From: a virus
Virus record (IMG/VR): IMGVR_UViG_3300037859_000002
Span: 1-64,000 of that record
Strand: one strand, 5' to 3'
Length of the DNA: 64,000 nucleotides
Every line of letters starts with the position of its first letter. Within the stretch, counting starts at the first letter, position 1. The translations under genes and the position numbers were made by a program. Of the stretch, positions 60,205 through 64,000 are shown piece by piece. Under the pieces are notes generated by a model. The model made no database searches and was not told where the DNA came from. It saw nothing but the letters and a program-made list of their open reading frames with translations.

Positions 60205-61956
60205 GTGCCAGACGAGAACACGGGACTGCCGCCGGGATCGGCCCGCGGCATCCTTAGGCTCATCGCGCCCGAGTTCATCCGTCGCGTCGTCGCCGGCATC
60301 GGCTTCCCCCTGCGCGGAGAGGCGCGCCCCCCGATCCAGGGCGCCGACCTCGGCAGCCTCGGGACCGAGACCAATCAGCCCATGCCCAGGGTGCGGCGCG
60401 AGCCCTTCTTCGGGCCGGGCCAGCCGCTCACCCCGGTGGTGGCCGATCGCACCGAGGTCGAGGGCCGCGCCACCGACTACCCCTTCGCGCTCAACCAGAA
60501 TTACCGGCCCCGCTCGTCCGAGCCGATCTCGTTCGAGATCCTGCGCCGGATGGCCGACCCGACCACGGGCTACGACCTGATGCGGCTCGCGATCGAAACC
60601 CGCAAGGACCAGATGGCCAAGCTCGAGTGGTCGATCCTGCCCCGCCAGGAGGGGGCGAAGAAGCGCTTCCGTAAGGCGACCCCGCGGTGCGCCGAGATCG
60701 AACGCTGCCTGCGCAGCCCCGACCGGCGCCTGCCCTGGGAAAGCTGGATGCGCGAGCTCATCGAGGACCAGCTGGTGATCGACGCGCCCGCGGTGTTCGT
60801 GCGCAAGACCGTCGGCGGCGACCTCTACTCGCTCGACGTGGTCGACGGCGCGACCATCAAGGTCCTGGTCGATGGCACGGGCCGGGCGCCGATGCCGCCC
60901 GAGCCGGCCTACCAGCAGGTGCTCAAGGGCGTCGTGGTCGCCAACTACACGGCGGACGAGCTGATCTACATGCCGCGCAATCCGCGCAGCAGCCGCTTCT
61001 ACGGCATGTCCCCGGTCGAGCAGGTGCTGATGACCGTGAACATCGGGCTTCGTCGCCAGCTCAGCCAGCTCGACTACTACACGGCGGGCAATATGCCCGA
61101 CTCGATCATCTCGGTGCCCGAGACCTGGACGCCCGCGCAGATCAAGGAATTCCAGACCTACTGGGATGCGATGATCGAGGGCAACCCGAGCCTGCGCCGC
61201 CGCGCCAAATTCGTGCCCGCGGGGATCAACCCCGTGATGACCGGCGCCAGCGCAGGCACGGGCCTGATGGACCAGTATGACGAGTGGCTGGCCCGGGTGA
61301 TCATGTACGCCTTCAGCCTGCCGGCACTGCCGTTCATCCGGATGCAGAACCGCGCGACGGCCGAGACCGCGAACGCTTCGGCCCTCGAAGAGGGGCTGCT
61401 GCCGATGATGGCCTGGCTCAAGGGCCTCATGGATCGCATCATCGAGGTCGCCTTTAACGAGCCGGGCCTCGAATTCGTCTTCGACAGCATCCGCAAGCTC
61501 GACCAGGCCGAGCAGCTGTCCATGGACCTGCAGATGATGGAGCGGGGCATCAAGTCGCTCGACGAGGTGCGCGAGGAGCTCGGCCTCGAGCCCCTGGGGC
61601 TGCCGCACATCCGCATTGGCATCGGCCCCCTGGGCTTCATGACCGTCGAGGACATGAAGAAGGCGATCGCCCAGGGTCTGACCATGCCCCAGGCCCCGCC
61701 AGCGGTGGATGCGATGGGCAATCCGATCCCAGGGGGTGCGCCCGGGGCCGGCATCTCTGGCCAGACCGCCGCCCAGGTGCTGGAGCAGCTGCCGCCCGGG
61801 TTGCGCAACTTCGTCGACGGGGCGCTGACGCCCAGGGCGATGATCCGCGCCGAGGCCCTGGTCGATGAGGAGGAGTCCGACCCTCCGTCTGGTACGATGG
61901 CGGCGTTCATGCACCAGGCGATCGACGAGGCCTCGCAGCTCGCCCGTGGTTCATGA
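60205..61956 (+). CDS. Portal protein
   Basis: ED.LVIDAP, VDGATI, YQQ, YG.SPVE, NRATA, DEVRE.LGL.P. Confidence 0.92.
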   Translation: MPDENTGLPPGSARGILRLIAPEFIRRVVAGIGFPLRGEARPPIQGADLGSLGTETNQPMPRVRREPFFGPGQPLTPVVADRTEVEGRATDYPFALNQNYRPRSSEPISFEILRRMADPTTGYDLMRLAIETRKDQMAKLEWSILPRQEGAKKRFRKATPRCAEIERCLRSPDRRLPWESWMRELIEDQLVIDAPAVFVRKTVGGDLYSLDVVDGATIKVLVDGTGRAPMPPEPAYQQVLKGVVVANYTADELIYMPRNPRSSRFYGMSPVEQVLMTVNIGLRRQLSQLDYYTAGNMPDSIISVPETWTPAQIKEFQTYWDAMIEGNPSLRRRAKFVPAGINPVMTGASAGTGLMDQYDEWLARVIMYAFSLPALPFIRMQNRATAETANASALEEGLLPMMAWLKGLMDRIIEVAFNEPGLEFVFDSIRKLDQAEQLSMDLQMMERGIKSLDEVREELGLEPLGLPHIRIGIGPLGFMTVEDMKKAIAQGLTMPQAPPAVDAMGNPIPGGAPGAGISGQTAAQVLEQLPPGLRNFVDGALTPRAMIRAEALVDEEESDPPSGTMAAFMHQAIDEASQLARGS

Positions 61957-62719
61957 GCTGGCGGCATCCGAAGTTCTGCGGGCGTTCGCAGGGTGACCAT
62001 CGGACCAAGGATTTTGGAACCAGGGAAGGGGCGGCCATCCTGGCCTGCCGGATCGCTGCCGCCTGGGCAGAAGTGGGGGTGACCGTGATTCCGGAGATCG
62101 AGCGCATCAAGGCGACCGACCATCGGGTGCCGCGCTACCGCGTCGTGCTGCCCGGCTTCGTGAACGGCATACCCCCCCGATGATCAGGGCGCTCGCGCTT
62201 CTTCTCCTGGTGGTGCCCGCCTGGGCGCACCAGGCGCCCTCAGGTTGGGAGTATCCCAACGAGTGCTGCGCCGCGCACAACGACTGCGCGATGATCGAGG
62301 CGCGCTTCGTCAGCATCACGCCCCAGGGTTATCGGGTGGTGCTGCCCCTGGGGGCGCACCCTCGGCCCTATGCGGTGGACGACCTGTTTGTGCCCGCGGA
62401 TCCGCGGATCCGGCGCAGCGGCGACGGCGACTGGCATCTGTGCATTCGACCCAACGGGCAAGTCCTCTGTCTGTACGTCGCTCCTGGTTCAACGTGAGGA
62501 ACGCCCCGATGGAAGAGCGTCTGGCGCCCAACCCGTATATCGGTTTTCAGGGTCCCCACTGGTCCGACATCTACCGACCCGACAGCGCGCTGACCTCGGC
62601 GGCCCTCGCGGCCGCGGCGCCGCAGCTGATGCTCGAGGTCGAGCGCCTGAAGCGCGAACTCCAGGCATGCCTCGCGAAGTGAGGCGGCACCTGTTTCCAC
62701 ATCGATATGTGAGGCCATC

Positions 62720-63103
62720 ATGGAACTGACCGATCGCGACCGCCTGCGTATGCAGGGCCTGCACTCCCAGCTGGTGGCGGTGCTCGAGCTCGCGGCCAGC
62801 GAGTTCACGGGCGCCGAGGGCTGGTTCATCAGCGAGGGCCGGCGCAGTCTCGAGCGCCAGAAGGAGCTCTATGCGGCCGGGCGGACCAAGACGCTGCAGA
62901 GCCGGCATCTGACCGGCCACGCGGTGGACATCTACCCGATCTCGGAGAGGCCGATCCCTGAGATGGCGCCCGAGGATTTCGACTTCATCAACCTGGCTGT
63001 GCGCAGCGCGGCGCTGAAGCTGCAGGTGCCGATGAAGCACGGGATCGACTGGGGCTGGGACGCGCCCCACCACGAGCTCGACGCCGCCGTTTTCCCGGCC
63101 TGA
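62720..63103 (+). CDS. M15 family peptidase endolysin
   Basis: EGRRS.ERQ.ELY..G..SRHLTGHAVD..DAPHHE. Confidence 0.88.
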   Translation: MELTDRDRLRMQGLHSQLVAVLELAASEFTGAEGWFISEGRRSLERQKELYAAGRTKTLQSRHLTGHAVDIYPISERPIPEMAPEDFDFINLAVRSAALKLQVPMKHGIDWGWDAPHHELDAAVFPA

Positions 63104-63108
63104 CGCGC

Positions 63109-64000
63109 GTGCGCCTTGACCTGATCAAGAGCGATCTGGCCGAGGTCGGGGCGCTGCTGAAGATGTTCGACGAGGCGCGGGTTCGCCGCGACCGGGCCGG
63201 TCGCTTCGCCGACCAGGGGGGCGGCCCCAGCCAGCGCCAGCCCGGCCAGGTCCCATCTGCGGCGCCGGTGCGCACCCGCTACGCCTCGTCCAAGGTGTTC
63301 CGCATGGCCTCGGCGACCGAGGCCCCGACCAGCACCTTCGGTGAGGTCGATCACCTGCCGCAGCGGCCGCGCAAGATGGCCGCCGCGGAATACGCGGGGC
63401 TGCGCCAGGCGGCCCAGGCCATCGCGCGCGATCGCCGGCCAGCATACCTCGAGCGCGCGGCCGAGCGGGGTCTGATCCCCGAGGGCGCCACCCCCAGGGC
63501 CGTGCGCCTTGCCTATGCGCACGCGGTTTCCCTGGCCCAGCACGACGCTGGCCTGCACCGCTATGACTACAAGCTCTCGGCTGAGACCAAGGTCGAGCTG
63601 ACGCCGCTGCTGCCGTTCATGCGGTATGCGCGCAAGCGCATGGCCAACGAGCTCGGGGCCGAGCAGGGTCCGGCCCTGGCGAGCATCCGTGCCGCCTTCG
63701 GCACCCCCTTCGCGGACGGGCGGACCGACGTGAAGATCAAGGCCGTCGGCGCGGCCCGCGCCCGGCGCGATGGGCTGATCGAGGCCGCGCGCGCCAAGGG
63801 CCTCATCGGCGAGACCGATGATCCAGGCGACGTGCGCGCCGCCTATGACTACGCGGTGCGCCAGACCATGCTCGACCAGGGCACGCGCACCTATCGGGGT
63901 GCCCGCCTGGGCCAGCCCCGGCTCCTGCCCTTCGTCGAGATGGCCAGCGCCGATCTCAAGGAGGTGCTGCCGACCGAGGGTCAGGCGCGCGTCAGGATGG
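63109..64000 (+). CDS. Large phage protein (partial, runs off window)
   Basis: Open frame with FDE..V.RD..GRF motif typical of head-associated proteins. Confidence 0.55.
   Translation, partial: MRLDLIKSDLAEVGALLKMFDEARVRRDRAGRFADQGGGPSQRQPGQVPSAAPVRTRYASSKVFRMASATEAPTSTFGEVDHLPQRPRKMAAAEYAGLRQAAQAIARDRRPAYLERAAERGLIPEGATPRAVRLAYAHAVSLAQHDAGLHRYDYKLSAETKVELTPLLPFMRYARKRMANELGAEQGPALASIRAAFGTPFADGRTDVKIKAVGAARARRDGLIEAARAKGLIGETDDPGDVRAAYDYAVRQTMLDQGTRTYRGARLGQPRLLPFVEMASADLKEVLPTEGQARVRM

Larger units (their letters stand above)
1654..64000. mobile_element. Prophage (left part; continues beyond window)
   Basis: Integrase next to tRNA, SSB/ERF/YqaJ, primase-helicase, cro/cI, terminase, portal, endolysin. 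Confidence 0.93.

Noticed and set aside
28033-61914. Long antisense ORFs (e.g. 28033-30075, 38832-40889, 46714-48759, 56343-58142, 59722-61914)
   Set aside because: Shadow frames of real genes in high-GC DNA with no recognisable motifs

Overview
GC-rich alphaproteobacterial-type DNA. A host rtcB (1-1407) and two tRNA-Arg genes are followed by the left ~62 kb of a prophage integrated at the 3' end of tRNA-Arg(ACG); attR lies outside the window. The prophage carries an integrase, a long leftward early/accessory region, SSB/ERF/YqaJ recombination genes, a replication initiator with iterons, a Twinkle-type primase-helicase, cro/cI, terminase, portal and an endolysin. It is unusually rich in RNA-level systems. 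(1) About 22 hammerhead-ribozyme folds, all on the minus strand, punctuate two arrays of small genes (32.4-37.5 kb and 46.1-52.9 kb); most sit between a stop codon and the next gene's ribosome-binding site. (2) A TIGR-Tas-type locus has a nuclease-less Nop/IS110-like protein flanked by 24 dual-repeat 36-nt units in three arrays, two of them in-frame inside another ORF. (3) An RNA-repair/quality-control module comprises Ro60/TROVE, three Y-RNA-like elements (one a full tRNA-mimicking YrlA), an rtcB remnant, an amber (CUA) tRNA followed by an M-L-amber-QARAPP leader, and an 8/4 allo-tRNA. A CACAT-N4-ATGTG palindrome recurs across the prophage. All calls come from reading motifs by eye; no searches were run.
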